Shown: piece after piece, positions 20,080-29,458 of the stretch
Numbering within the stretch: position 1 is the stretch's first letter
How the letters are laid out: the number at the start of each line of letters is the position of its first letter
IMG/VR virus record: IMGVR_UViG_2660237933_000004
DNA length: 40,475 nucleotides
Source: a virus
Taxonomy: Duplodnaviria; Heunggongvirae; Uroviricota; Caudoviricetes
Direction: 5' to 3' (one strand)
Position numbers and translations under genes: made by a program
The notes under the pieces: generated by a model
Told to the model about the DNA's origin: nothing
Databases searched by the model: none
What the model saw: the letters and a program-made list of their open reading frames with translations, nothing else

Positions 20080-20451
20080 TTACCTGTTTTGAAGAATCTC
20101 CCGCTTTCTTACAATACATTCCGTCGTTTCTCTATAGCTGCACACGTGCTCCCGTGAACATTGGTATGTGTGCAATTCGCCGATGGCATCACCGATACCA
20201 GTCAGCACATCTTTTTCATGCAGAATGGTCACCTGCAGACGGTTGGTTGGGCAGATAATGTTTGAATAGTTCATTTTGGTGTCTCCTTTGCTTTCGAGAC
20301 ACCAAAATCCCATCACGACACGTTTACCGCCACAAACATTATTGCAGGCACCCATTGAATACCTGCGGGACTGATAAACACAGCCTCCTCCATACGTAGT
20401 GAAACCATTTTCATATCTCCAGTAATGAATTCTTTGAAGAGTCGCAATCAA
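20080..20451 (-). CDS. Hypothetical protein
   Basis: 123 aa ORF; start uncertain (internal Met candidates); no recognisable motif. Confidence 0.3.
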   Translation of the reverse strand: MIATLQRIHYWRYENGFTTYGGGCVYQSRRYSMGACNNVCGGKRVVMGFWCLESKGDTKMNYSNIICPTNRLQVTILHEKDVLTGIGDAIGELHTYQCSREHVCSYRETTECIVRKREILQNR

Positions 20452-20470
20452 TACGACTCACTAATGGGGA
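20448..20470 (+). promoter_or_regulatory. T7 promoter-like sequence
   Basis: ATACGACTCACTA identical to T7 consensus -15..-3, then AT GGGG (consensus TA GGGA). Confidence 0.3.
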
Positions 20471-20505
20471 GGCATGTCCAACGCGTTGGACGAGTTGCCT
20501 ACTTG

Positions 20506-20528
20506 ATTTAGGTGACACTTTAGAAGGA
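20506..20528 (+). promoter_or_regulatory. SP6 promoter-like sequence
   Basis: ATTTAGGTGACACTTTAGAAGGA versus SP6 consensus ATTTAGGTGACACTATAGAAGAG (20 of 23). Confidence 0.3.
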
Positions 20529-20574
20529 CAGAATGCCTTCCTCACTCAAATAACATCAATTAAGGAGGTTCAAC

Positions 20575-20697
20575 ATGCTTCGTTCCAAAAGTCAGTTGAC
20601 TGTAATTATTACTACGTCACCTTATGCCGAAGACCTTTTCCGCTTCACTTTGAGCCTGATTCACTTCTACCTGACCGGCTCGCCTCTATCTTTTTAA
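20575..20697 (+). CDS. Hypothetical 40-aa ORF with consensus Shine-Dalgarno
   Basis: TAAGGAGGT 5 nt upstream of ATG; ORF MLRSKSQLTVIITTSPYAEDLFRFTLSLIHFYLTGSPLSF; below ORF-track cutoff. Confidence 0.2.
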   Translation: MLRSKSQLTVIITTSPYAEDLFRFTLSLIHFYLTGSPLSF

Positions 20698-20877
20698 TCC
20701 CCGCTTTATCCAAATTGCATTGCCAGAATGCCGACAACAGACTGACATTCAAATCCTGACTACCTCCAATAGTCTGACCGTACACCTATATAGTTTTAAA
20801 TTTCATCAATCCATTTAACTATCGTTTAATTGTTGTCACATAGGATTCTGCCGTTTTTAACAATGCAGGATAATAAG

Positions 20878-21171
20878 ATGAAAAAAATGTTGTTTTCTGC
20901 CGCTCTGGCAATGCTTATTACAGGATGTGCTCAACAGACGTTTACTGTTGGAAACAAACCGACAGCAGTAACACCAAAGGAAACCATCACCCATCATTTC
21001 TTCGTTTCGGGAATTGGACAGGAGAAAACTGTTGATGCAGCCAAAATTTGTGGCGGCGCAGAAAATGTTGTTAAAACAGAAACCCAGCAAACATTCGTAA
21101 ATGGATTGCTCGGTTTTATTACTTTAGGCATTTATACTCCGCTGGAAGCGCGTGTGTATTGCTCACAATAA
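20878..21171 (+). CDS. bor: Bor lipoprotein (serum resistance, lysogenic conversion)
   Basis: Near-identical to lambda Bor from memory, including lipobox LITGC; opposite strand to the lysis genes as in lambda. Confidence 0.85.
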   Translation: MKKMLFSAALAMLITGCAQQTFTVGNKPTAVTPKETITHHFFVSGIGQEKTVDAAKICGGAENVVKTETQQTFVNGLLGFITLGIYTPLEARVYCSQ

Positions 21172-21202
21172 TTGCATGAGTTGCCCATCGATATGGGCAG
21201 CT

Positions 21203-21664
21203 CTATCTGCACTGCTCATTAATATACTTCTGGGTTCCTTCCAGTTGTTTTTGCATAGTGATCAGCCTCTCTCTGAGGGTGAAATAATCCCGTTCAGCGG
21301 TGTCTGCCAGTCGGGGGGAGGCTGCATTATCCACGCCGGAGGCGGTGGTGGCTTCACGCACTGACTGACAGACTGCTTTGATGTGCAACCGACGACGACC
21401 AGCGGCAACATCATCACGCAGAGCATCATTTTCAGCTTTCGCATCAGCTAACTCCTTCGTGTATTTTGCATCGAGCGCAGCAACATCACGCTGGCGCACC
21501 TGCATGTCAGTAATTGTCGAGTTCGCCAGCTTCAGTTCTCTGGCATTTTTGTCGCGCTGGGCTTTGTAGGTAATGGCGTTATCGCGGTAATGATTAACAG
21601 CCCATGACAGGCAGACGATGATGCAGATAACCAGAGCGGAGATAATCGCGGTTACTCTGCTCAT
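21203..21664 (-). CDS. Rz: Rz i-spanin
   Basis: 153 aa with N-terminal TM helix; follows endolysin; contains embedded Rz1 ORF. Confidence 0.8.
   Translation of the reverse strand: MSRVTAIISALVICIIVCLSWAVNHYRDNAITYKAQRDKNARELKLANSTITDMQVRQRDVAALDAKYTKELADAKAENDALRDDVAAGRRRLHIKAVCQSVREATTASGVDNAASPRLADTAERDYFTLRERLITMQKQLEGTQKYINEQCR
21262..21444 (-). CDS. Rz1: Rz1 o-spanin lipoprotein
   Basis: 60 aa embedded in Rz in the +1 frame; lipobox VVGC and proline-rich [13 protein letters not shown] as in lambda Rz1. Confidence 0.8.
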   Translation of the reverse strand: MRKLKMMLCVMMLPLVVVGCTSKQSVSQCVKPPPPPAWIMQPPPDWQTPLNGIISPSERG

Positions 21665-22137
21665 ACCTCAATCTCTCTGACCGTTCCGCCTGCTTCTTTG
21701 AATTTTGCAATCAGGCTGTCAGCCTTATGCTCGAACTGACCATAACCAGCACCCGGCAGTGAAGCCCAGATATTGCTGCAACGGTCAATTGCCTGACGAA
21801 TATCACCGCGATCAATCATCGGTAAAGCGCCACGCTCCTTAATCTGCTGCAATGCCACAGCGTCCTGGCTTTTCGGAGAGAAGTCTTTCAGAGCAAGCTG
21901 CTTACGGTAAGCATCCCACCAGCGTGAAAGAAGCTGATAACGTCCGGCGGCTGTTGATTTAAGTTTCGGGTTTAGCGTGACAAGTTTGCGAGGATGATCG
22001 GAGTAATCAGTAAACAGTTCACCACCAACAATAACATCATAACCGTGGTTACGTGTCGGTTGTCGCCCGTTATCCGTTCCTTCTGACCACGCCAACATAT
22101 CGAGGAAAGCTTTACGCTGAGGATTAAGATTTTGCAT
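21661..22137 (-). CDS. R: Endolysin (lambda R-type lytic transglycosylase)
   Basis: 158 aa, near-identical to lambda R from residue 6 onward. Confidence 0.9.
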   Translation of the reverse strand: MQNLNPQRKAFLDMLAWSEGTDNGRQPTRNHGYDVIVGGELFTDYSDHPRKLVTLNPKLKSTAAGRYQLLSRWWDAYRKQLALKDFSPKSQDAVALQQIKERGALPMIDRGDIRQAIDRCSNIWASLPGAGYGQFEHKADSLIAKFKEAGGTVREIEV

Positions 22138-22441
22138 TTTTCACCCCTGTCAGTCGTTCCCAGAAGTACGTCAGTGCAACCGAACCCATCGCACCACTAA
22201 TCCCCGCTGTCGCGAGAATCATGTAAATACTGAATCCACTTTCGATACTGATCAGGCCACCAATAACACCGGTGAATCCCGATACCACTATCTGAGCCAG
22301 AGCATTTATCCAACTCCACGTTGCTTTACTCTGCTTCACATCTATCAGGTAGCGGACCAGACCGCCCCAACCTGCGATGATCAGCAAAACGAGCCAGAAC
22401 GCTCCGGCAAGGCTCTCTTTTTCGTGCATATGAATAGCCAA
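22124..22441 (-). CDS. Holin
   Basis: 105 aa with about three hydrophobic helices and charged C-terminus; overlaps the endolysin start. Confidence 0.55.
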   Translation of the reverse strand: MAIHMHEKESLAGAFWLVLLIIAGWGGLVRYLIDVKQSKATWSWINALAQIVVSGFTGVIGGLISIESGFSIYMILATAGISGAMGSVALTYFWERLTGVKNAKS

Positions 22442-22657
22442 TGTTTCGCCGCCGACGAAAGGCCGGGACGCTAATGATTAAAAACTTACATGGGAAATAT
22501 TGTTATAAACAGTCAATTCAAAATAACTAAAAAATCTTATAACCAAGCGAATGGCCTTCAAAAACCAATATATGCAACTTGTATAAAACGATCTTTATCA
22601 ATGAGTTACATGTATGGTTAAATACTATGCTTTAAGGACTAAGAGTATTACCAGCAG

Positions 22658-23461
22658 ATGACAGAAAAAGATAACATTGGTAAGTTAATTTGGCATATTG
22701 CTTGCGATGAATCTGGCATTGATGGACAACGTTTCTACGGCTTTGGCAGTCTGTGGATGAAGTACCAACGCCGTGGGGATTTCTGTCAACTAATCAGAGA
22801 ACTACGCGGAAAACATGGTTTTTTTGAAGAAATAAAATGGCAAAAAGCCCATTCAAAAAGATACTCTGAATTTTATCTTGAGCTGATCGACTTATTCTTT
22901 AGAGTTCCTTGGCTAGCTTTTCATTGTATCGTGGTTGAAAAATCAATAGTAAATAAGGCATTTCATAATGGAGATTATGACCTGGCAAGGAGAAAGCACT
23001 TCACAAATCTCATTACCACAAAAATTAGCTCTGTAATTTCTGCACACCCTGAAAGAGACAGTTACTTCAGGATTGAAGTTGATCCTATCGCATCTCGTTA
23101 TAAAAAGGCTGATGAAGAACTAAATGTTATTGCCAATAACATATTGAATAGAAAATTTGGTCGTAAAGGGATAATCAGCAGTGTAGTGACAAAAGACTCT
23201 AAAGCATCTGAAAACATTCAGCTAGCCGATTTTTTCTTAGGTGCGGTTATGTGCGCATATCAAGGAAAAGCTTCATCTGAAGCCAAAATAAGAGTATCAA
23301 ACTATGTTGCTTCATATTTAGGCTGGGATCACTTGCAATATGATACATGGCACACTGAGAGAAAATTTAATATCTGGTATTTTTATGATAAAACTCGAGG
23401 GCCACGAGATATAGAAACTCAAAATGTTAGCTTGAAGTATCCACTTCCCAAAAAGAAATAG
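22658..23461 (+). CDS. DUF3800-like protein (function unknown), opposite-strand moron between Q and holin
   Basis: 267 aa; N-terminal DESG and C-terminal QLAD motifs as I recall for DUF3800; AT-rich; AT-rich upstream region. Confidence 0.6.
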   Translation: MTEKDNIGKLIWHIACDESGIDGQRFYGFGSLWMKYQRRGDFCQLIRELRGKHGFFEEIKWQKAHSKRYSEFYLELIDLFFRVPWLAFHCIVVEKSIVNKAFHNGDYDLARRKHFTNLITTKISSVISAHPERDSYFRIEVDPIASRYKKADEELNVIANNILNRKFGRKGIISSVVTKDSKASENIQLADFFLGAVMCAYQGKASSEAKIRVSNYVASYLGWDHLQYDTWHTERKFNIWYFYDKTRGPRDIETQNVSLKYPLPKKK

Positions 23462-23682
23462 ACGTCGACCTCTCAGCCGACACGGTTGGAGTCCCAGACC
23501 AATTATCGAGTCGAAGTTACCAACTTGGCGGTTATCTTTTGGGAGCCGCCCCTTCATTCCCAAAACCTTTATTGCAGAAAAATCTATATCCTAGAAATTG
23601 GATAGTCAACCCTTACTACATCTACGAACAGTTGCACATACAACATTGGCAGAATATCAGATTTACATAAAATATATGCTTT

Positions 23683-24372
23683 TTAATCCAGTTTTGCAAT
23701 ACTTTGCTGTGAAAATGTGGTCTTTTGTTTTGAACGTGTTCTCGTTACAAGCAATAAAGCTTCGCTATCAAGCTGTAGAAAAATGTGCTTCATTGCAACC
23801 CAGCGTTCAGTGAATGTCTCAGACCAGTTTTTTGATGTCACTCCCACCAGTGATGCCAGTTCCCGGTATTCATAAGTCTCACGCCCAGCCAGCTCGCTCT
23901 TCACATCCTGTGCTGCCAGCCAGATCAACTTCTTTAAGCGTTCCAGTGTCTTACTGGCAATTTTTCTTGTACCTAACAGAGCCTTAAACTCGTTCCATGC
24001 CCACTGCGTTATGGCAACCTGATGCTCCCAGCGAACACTTTCGCTGTAACTCCACAGCAACCACGCTTTCTGATGTTCATCGAGAGACAGAACCGCGCGG
24101 CGCCATGACGAGGTTGAGAACTCAACCTGGCTGACCAGTGCAATGGATGAACCTTTTGCGTACGACTGCTTACCGGAAATCGGCGGATTATCCAGCGTAA
24201 TCATCCTGCCAGTTACCTCATCCAGAATGCGCGGCTTCTTTCGTTTGTATGTACCAGTATCAAATTGTGCATGCTCCAGACAGGCTTCAAGCTGGCCTTT
24301 CGTTGCTCCGCTCAAATCAGCGGTAGCCACAATGAGTTGCTCGCGGACATACTGTAAATATTGGGTATTCAT
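23683..24372 (-). CDS. Putative late-gene antiterminator (Q-like), by position
   Basis: 229 aa ORF immediately after rusA/ylcG and before the lysis cassette; not lambda Q-like in sequence. Confidence 0.4.
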   Translation of the reverse strand: MNTQYLQYVREQLIVATADLSGATKGQLEACLEHAQFDTGTYKRKKPRILDEVTGRMITLDNPPISGKQSYAKGSSIALVSQVEFSTSSWRRAVLSLDEHQKAWLLWSYSESVRWEHQVAITQWAWNEFKALLGTRKIASKTLERLKKLIWLAAQDVKSELAGRETYEYRELASLVGVTSKNWSETFTERWVAMKHIFLQLDSEALLLVTRTRSKQKTTFSQQSIAKLD

Positions 24373-24509
24373 GCGGCAGCTCCTTTCAGTGTTTTGGCGT
24401 AATTCTTCAGTATTCGGTAATCGGTCAAAACAGAACCGGGGAAACGATATAAGCGCAGACGCCCCCAGCGGTGGCGAAGAAGTTCTGCCATATTAAACTC
24501 AAACATCAT
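24369..24509 (-). CDS. ylcG: YlcG-like small protein
   Basis: 46 aa ([46 protein letters not shown]) by manual translation; matches DLP12 YlcG from memory. Confidence 0.6.
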   Translation of the reverse strand: MMFEFNMAELLRHRWGRLRLYRFPGSVLTDYRILKNYAKTLKGAAA

Positions 24510-24868
24510 TCATTCCCCATTTCGGTGATGGTCAGTTCCAGCCTCCCACCTTTGGTAACAGGCATCTTCACAACGCGGTAATCAACGACCTGAGCATCAT
24601 CCAGCCAGAAACCTGCTTTAGTGAGTGCGTCAAAAGCGGCTTTTTGCAGATTATCCAGGTCACGGCGACGGCGATCCGGCATGTGGCACTCAATGCGGAT
24701 TTTCACAGGCATAGCCAGGCCGATATCCAGCATTGCGTTTTTAATGATTCGGGCGACGTTATCGCGGTATGCCTGCCCCTCTGCGCTGATGTGCGTGCGC
24801 CCGCGATTATGGCGGTAATAGCGATTATTGCTCGGAGGCCAGGGTAATGTGATGCTGTAGGTATTCAC
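24506..24868 (-). CDS. rusA: Holliday junction resolvase RusA
   Basis: 120 aa, matches RusA from memory; overlapping start/stop with neighbours. Confidence 0.85.
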   Translation of the reverse strand: MNTYSITLPWPPSNNRYYRHNRGRTHISAEGQAYRDNVARIIKNAMLDIGLAMPVKIRIECHMPDRRRRDLDNLQKAAFDALTKAGFWLDDAQVVDYRVVKMPVTKGGRLELTITEMGNE

Positions 24869-25155
24869 GCCTTAATAACCCCCTCTTTCAGCCAGATAAC
24901 CTGTGTTCTCGCCATACCTTCCAGCGCGCATTCTTTTGCATATCCAGCGTCAACAAAATGCGTGCGACGGTCGATCTCATCGTGACAGGCAGAACATGCA
25001 ATGGTGGCAATCAGGTCTGGCGGTTTGGTACCGGTGCCACACAATCCAGCCAGCCGGATATGTGCCAGTACAGACGTTTCAGAATTGCCATTACATACGC
25101 CAGGGATTCTTACCTGGCATTCCCGACCACGCGCTGCTTTTCTCAAATCAGCCAT
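24865..25155 (-). CDS. ybcO: YbcO-like protein (DUF1364, putative nuclease)
   Basis: 96 aa from [14 protein letters not shown]; Cys-rich (C..C...C..C); ORF-track start is further upstream. Confidence 0.6.
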   Translation of the reverse strand: MADLRKAARGRECQVRIPGVCNGNSETSVLAHIRLAGLCGTGTKPPDLIATIACSACHDEIDRRTHFVDAGYAKECALEGMARTQVIWLKEGVIKA

Positions 25156-25318
25156 GATTCCTCCTTGCTGCCAGTCGCAACCATTTTTTATCAACCAGGC
25201 TGGCGGTATATCCGAGCAGAGTTGGTATTTCGGATGGCTTCAGCTCAGGTTTACGCTTACGACGATTTGGTACTTTGTAGATGTGTCCGTTCATGACACG
25301 AATAAGCGGTGTAGCCAT
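25148..25318 (-). CDS. ninE: NinE
   Basis: 56 aa ([56 protein letters not shown]) by manual translation. Confidence 0.7.
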   Translation of the reverse strand: MATPLIRVMNGHIYKVPNRRKRKPELKPSEIPTLLGYTASLVDKKWLRLAARRNHG

Positions 25319-25773
25319 TACGCCTCCTGCTTGTCGCGCAGCAGCTGGAACTCGCAGCTCTGCGGAATAGTCAGGTGGCAGCCAATATTCATCGCCCAGG
25401 CTTCAACCTTACACAGGAAGACATACATCTCTCCGGTATCGAGATCGGAGGTATGACGTAATGACTGAATGGTGGTGATTTCACCGGTTACGACATCAAC
25501 CAGTTCTTTGGTTTCATAACCGAGATAAGTGTGTTTGAGAGCATCTTTTACCCAATCTGGAGTGGCGAACGTTTTACCCCTGCTGATGAGGTATTCACTG
25601 ATTTCGCTGTACCACATGTGGCTGAGTGCATTCTGGGAAAGACTGCGTCTCTCGCGCCACGGTTTAAGCACCATGCGAAAGCATTTGCCGTCTTCCAGAT
25701 AAGTCTGGATCTGCTGACCGACAGCGGTGAAGTTACCGCGATGTAATTTGATGCCATCTTGTGGGAGGTTCAC
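25318..25773 (-). CDS. ybcN: YbcN-like protein
   Basis: 151 aa; matches DLP12 YbcN from memory. Confidence 0.65.
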   Translation of the reverse strand: MNLPQDGIKLHRGNFTAVGQQIQTYLEDGKCFRMVLKPWRERRSLSQNALSHMWYSEISEYLISRGKTFATPDWVKDALKHTYLGYETKELVDVVTGEITTIQSLRHTSDLDTGEMYVFLCKVEAWAMNIGCHLTIPQSCEFQLLRDKQEA

Positions 25774-26274
25774 GCTTCACCTCCGCAGAGATCAAACGCT
25801 GGATGCAAGACATCGCAGGTGCATTTCTGCATCTGTGACAAGGTAAGGAGTTCAGATTGTGGTCGCATTTAAGTCCCCTTAAATGCGCAGAAGTCACCGG
25901 AGTTGTTCAAGCTCCGGTGACATTATTATGGAAGGTTGATACTAAAAAATCAAAAATTGAATATCATTGGCGATAGTCTAGCTTGTGATATCCACAAGCT
26001 ACTTCAATGAAGCGACGAGTAACATTTTGTGTCATCCATGTTTTTTCAGTTAAGTGCCACACCCAGTTCAAAATTTGCTGATGGGTTGAACATGTACTAA
26101 GCGGGATGTTGTATTCATAAGCAACATTGATTCCGCAAAATCGGTGTCGTGTCATGACCGATTCACGTTGACCTGCGCCCTGTTGAGTGCCTGGGGATAT
26201 TCTTGCTCGATAGTTAATATCATAGTAGTTACTTTACTTTCATACCATAGCACGGTTGAAAAAGTGATTATTAC

Positions 26275-27801
26275 TCAAAAATAAACCTCACCATCAACCA
26301 TATATTTGAGAGTACTTATCGCCTGCTGGGCGGATATTGTTTTCATTAAAGGATAGTGTTTAAAAACAATGCCATTCATAAAATAGATATCACAGGTTTT
26401 ATTATCTGTATTGATTATGATTTTTTCGAATGTTTTATAGGCAAGTGTACGACATAGCTCTCGCCCATTTTTACTGGTTAAGTCAATAGCATGAAAATCA
26501 CCAAGTGAACTCACCGCTTTACTCTTCAAAGTTTTTAATGATACAGAAGCCCTTCGTAATTCCTTATCTAATACTCTGATTTTTTCTGCTATAGCGGTAA
26601 CTTCAGGCGCAACAGATAATGCAGCAATTAAATTATTAATTTTCATCTGGAGCTCAATAATTTTCAACTCTAAAGTTTCATTAGCATCTTTCTTGTTTTC
26701 AACTGGTTGGATTTTACTACAATTAAAAAGCAACTCATTAATGATATTATAATCAACCAAATCTCTCTTTATTGATGGCCTGTCACATCGATGCAGTCTT
26801 CTCATCGGACAAACATAATAGCCATGCAAACTTCCAGATACCGCATGAACAATCATGGTATTACCACAAGCCTCGCACTTCATAACTGTTCGAAGTAGAT
26901 TTATCAACATAGGATTTTTGCTACTATTGCTAATACCAAAAGGTGCCAACCGAATTTCCTGCACAGCGTAAAACAAATCATCTGATATGACTCTGGGATA
27001 ATAGCCAGCGATTTCACTTATTCCTTTACCTCTTGCACGATATGAAGGTACGCATATACCTATCAGAGCTTTATTCGCTAATAATTTTTCAATTACAGAA
27101 GGCCCCCATGCACTTTCTTTGCCTGAGAAATTTTTTACAGCATGATCATTTAAATACTTGGCTATTGCATTCAATGATCGCCTTTCCATCCTGAGTTTAA
27201 AAATTAGCTCAATCGTTTTCACCCTGTCGGGGTCTGGAATAAAAGCTGTTCTTTTGTCATCCAATGAGAGCCATCTCGGACAAGACGCCGTCATAATCGT
27301 GCCTGACTCCAGTGCATCCTGCCGTTTTTTCTTCCATGATAATTTAACCCGACTTGACTTTATCTCGCTTTCTTCATTTGCCCTTTGTGCTATAAGTATG
27401 GCTTTTATTAATGAATATGGATCATTCAAAGAGTCAATATTATAGACTGTATTATCGCAAAGAGTTATAACATCAATACCGTGATTCAAAATCAATTTCA
27501 GACGCTCAATCGCTTCACCGACTTTTTCTCTTGAAAGTCTGTCCAAACTTTCAACTAACAATGTAGTTCCTGGCAATATATAACCATGCTCTATAGCATC
27601 TAAAAATTCCGAAAAAGCTCCTGATTGTGCATGCTTTCCTTTGAATGCACTTAATCCTAAATCTTCATATGTTATGGTATCAAGATAATAATCACTATTT
27701 ACCTTTAACCATTCAGCAATAAGTCTTCTCTGTCGGTTTAATGAGTCGCCAGACATCTGACCTGGTGATGAAAATCGCATATATGCTATGGCTTTTTTCA
27801 T
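26275..27801 (-). CDS. ybcK: Large serine recombinase (YbcK-like)
   Basis: 508 aa; N-terminal resolvase motif YMRFSSPGQ...SLNRQ, Cys-rich zinc-ribbon region (CEACG...CPMRRLHRC); AT-rich. Confidence 0.8.
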   Translation of the reverse strand: MKKAIAYMRFSSPGQMSGDSLNRQRRLIAEWLKVNSDYYLDTITYEDLGLSAFKGKHAQSGAFSEFLDAIEHGYILPGTTLLVESLDRLSREKVGEAIERLKLILNHGIDVITLCDNTVYNIDSLNDPYSLIKAILIAQRANEESEIKSSRVKLSWKKKRQDALESGTIMTASCPRWLSLDDKRTAFIPDPDRVKTIELIFKLRMERRSLNAIAKYLNDHAVKNFSGKESAWGPSVIEKLLANKALIGICVPSYRARGKGISEIAGYYPRVISDDLFYAVQEIRLAPFGISNSSKNPMLINLLRTVMKCEACGNTMIVHAVSGSLHGYYVCPMRRLHRCDRPSIKRDLVDYNIINELLFNCSKIQPVENKKDANETLELKIIELQMKINNLIAALSVAPEVTAIAEKIRVLDKELRRASVSLKTLKSKAVSSLGDFHAIDLTSKNGRELCRTLAYKTFEKIIINTDNKTCDIYFMNGIVFKHYPLMKTISAQQAISTLKYMVDGEVYF

Positions 27802-28057
27802 GGTGACACCTGCTAACGTATGCTTTTATAAACCTTAGTGGTGAGATATAATTTTTGTTTAATTTTTATTTAAAAAGACAATTAAGGTCACATTATCTTG
27901 AATATACAACAATAATCGTATTGCAATTTTCTTACGCCATAATCTTGAAAGCACAAAAGAATACATAAAAAAATAAAGACATTAACAAAAAGCATAAAAC
28001 GAGGCTCATATAAATATAAGAGCCTCCATATTTTAGTCGTTTAGAAACAAATTATTT

Positions 28058-28390
28058 TTAATGTGGTGTGCTTCGTGACAATAAATTAATAACCAACACT
28101 CCGGCACAAATCAACATCATGCCTATAATGGCTGGCATGTCCAGCCGTTGGCCGAAAAATCCCCATGACAGTAAGCTAATCAGGACAATACCGACTCCTG
28201 ACCAGATAGCATAAGCAATCCCTGTAGGAATATAAGCCAGCGTCTGCGCTAATAACCAGAATGATGCACAATAACAAATAATTGTACCAACAGATGGCCA
28301 TAACCGTGTAAAACCTTCTGAAAACTTCATTAAGGTTGTACCAATGACCTCTGCAAGTATTGCACCACCAAGATAAATATAAGGGTTCAT
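28058..28390 (-). CDS. emrE: Small multidrug resistance efflux protein EmrE
   Basis: 110 aa from MNPYIYLGGAILAEVIGTTLMKFSEGF; four TM helices; matches E. coli EmrE from memory. Confidence 0.85.
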   Translation of the reverse strand: MNPYIYLGGAILAEVIGTTLMKFSEGFTRLWPSVGTIICYCASFWLLAQTLAYIPTGIAYAIWSGVGIVLISLLSWGFFGQRLDMPAIIGMMLICAGVLVINLLSRSTPH

Positions 28391-28457
28391 AGCATATTCT
28401 TTCCTGTTCAAACTGGAGAGAATTGTACTACAGTTTGAACTCAACTCACCTGTTTCA

Positions 28458-28760
28458 TCATTGTGTACCCATTGATGTTCTTTTATATACCCTCAATACC
28501 CGTTTCATCGCGGCACTCTGGCGACACTCCTTAAAAATCAGATTCGTGCTCACCTTTCCTTCCCGTTCTTCTCTGGTAGCGAACCGGTAATACACCGTTC
28601 GCCAGACCTTACCATCAACGACCAGGATTCCTGCCCGCGCCATTTTAGCCGCAGCCTGATTTATGCTGGTTACGGTTGCGCCTGTTACCGCGGCAACGTC
28701 CTGCGCACAGAAGTTCTTATGAGTCCCCAGGTAATGAATAATTGCCTCTTTGCCTGTCAT
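28458..28760 (-). CDS. ren: Ren
   Basis: 100 aa, near-identical to lambda Ren through the first ~90 residues. Confidence 0.75.
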   Translation of the reverse strand: MTGKEAIIHYLGTHKNFCAQDVAAVTGATVTSINQAAAKMARAGILVVDGKVWRTVYYRFATREEREGKVSTNLIFKECRQSAAMKRVLRVYKRTSMGTQ

Positions 28761-29458
28761 ACACTTGCTCCTTTCAGTCCGAACTTAGCTTTAATTTCTG
28801 CGATCTTCGCCAGAGCCTGTGCACGATTTAGAGGTCTACCGCCCATAACAGGAAGTTGTTTTACTGGTTCAGGTATCGTCTCACCACGGTTAATTCGCGC
28901 TGTCATACAGGTCAGTTCATCGGCAGCCTTGCGCCGTAATTCCGCGTCAGTCAGCGCATTGGCCCGCATGTTCTGGTACAAGTTGGTAACCAACCAGTAA
29001 TGCGCGTTCGATTTCCACGGATAAGACTCTGCATCCGGATACAGGCCACGCTTCCGGCAATACTCGTAAACCATATCAACCAGCTCGCTGGCGTTTGGCA
29101 GTCCGGCAATAACGGATGCTTCTTCACGGCACCATGCAACAAACTGCCCGGGTGATGGCAGAAATGGTCGATTCTGCCGACGGGCTACGCGCATTCCTGC
29201 GTTAACCTGTTCCATTGTGGTGATCCCGTTTTCCCGGAAAGCCAGCACCCACTGGCGGCGGATTTCGTTCAGTTCGTTCTGGTCCCGGTTAGCCAGGCTC
29301 GCCGGGAAAGTTGCCAGTAACTGGCTGAACACACCATTGATGATCTGCGCTACCTGTTGTACCTGCGGCTTTTCGTCGTACTGTTCCGGCATGTTGTTGG
29401 CGATCCGACGCATCTGCTCACGGTCAAAGTTAACCATCTGTGCGGCGATGTTTTTCAT
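28757..29458 (-). CDS. P: Replication protein P (DnaB helicase loader)
   Basis: 233 aa, near-identical to lambda P. Confidence 0.9.
   Translation of the reverse strand: MKNIAAQMVNFDREQMRRIANNMPEQYDEKPQVQQVAQIINGVFSQLLATFPASLANRDQNELNEIRRQWVLAFRENGITTMEQVNAGMRVARRQNRPFLPSPGQFVAWCREEASVIAGLPNASELVDMVYEYCRKRGLYPDAESYPWKSNAHYWLVTNLYQNMRANALTDAELRRKAADELTCMTARINRGETIPEPVKQLPVMGGRPLNRAQALAKIAEIKAKFGLKGASV

Noticed and set aside
25964-26155. 63-aa minus-strand ORF in the ybcN-ybcK intergenic region
   Set aside because: No ribosome-binding site or recognisable motif; lies in AT-rich non-coding DNA; may be a remnant of genes present in DLP12 at this position.
26275-27801. YbcK-like serine recombinase considered as the tail-fibre invertase
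   Set aside because: It is a 508-aa large serine recombinase about 25 kb from the invertible segment; Gin/Hin-type invertases are about 190 aa and encoded next to their segment, presumably just outside the left edge of the window.
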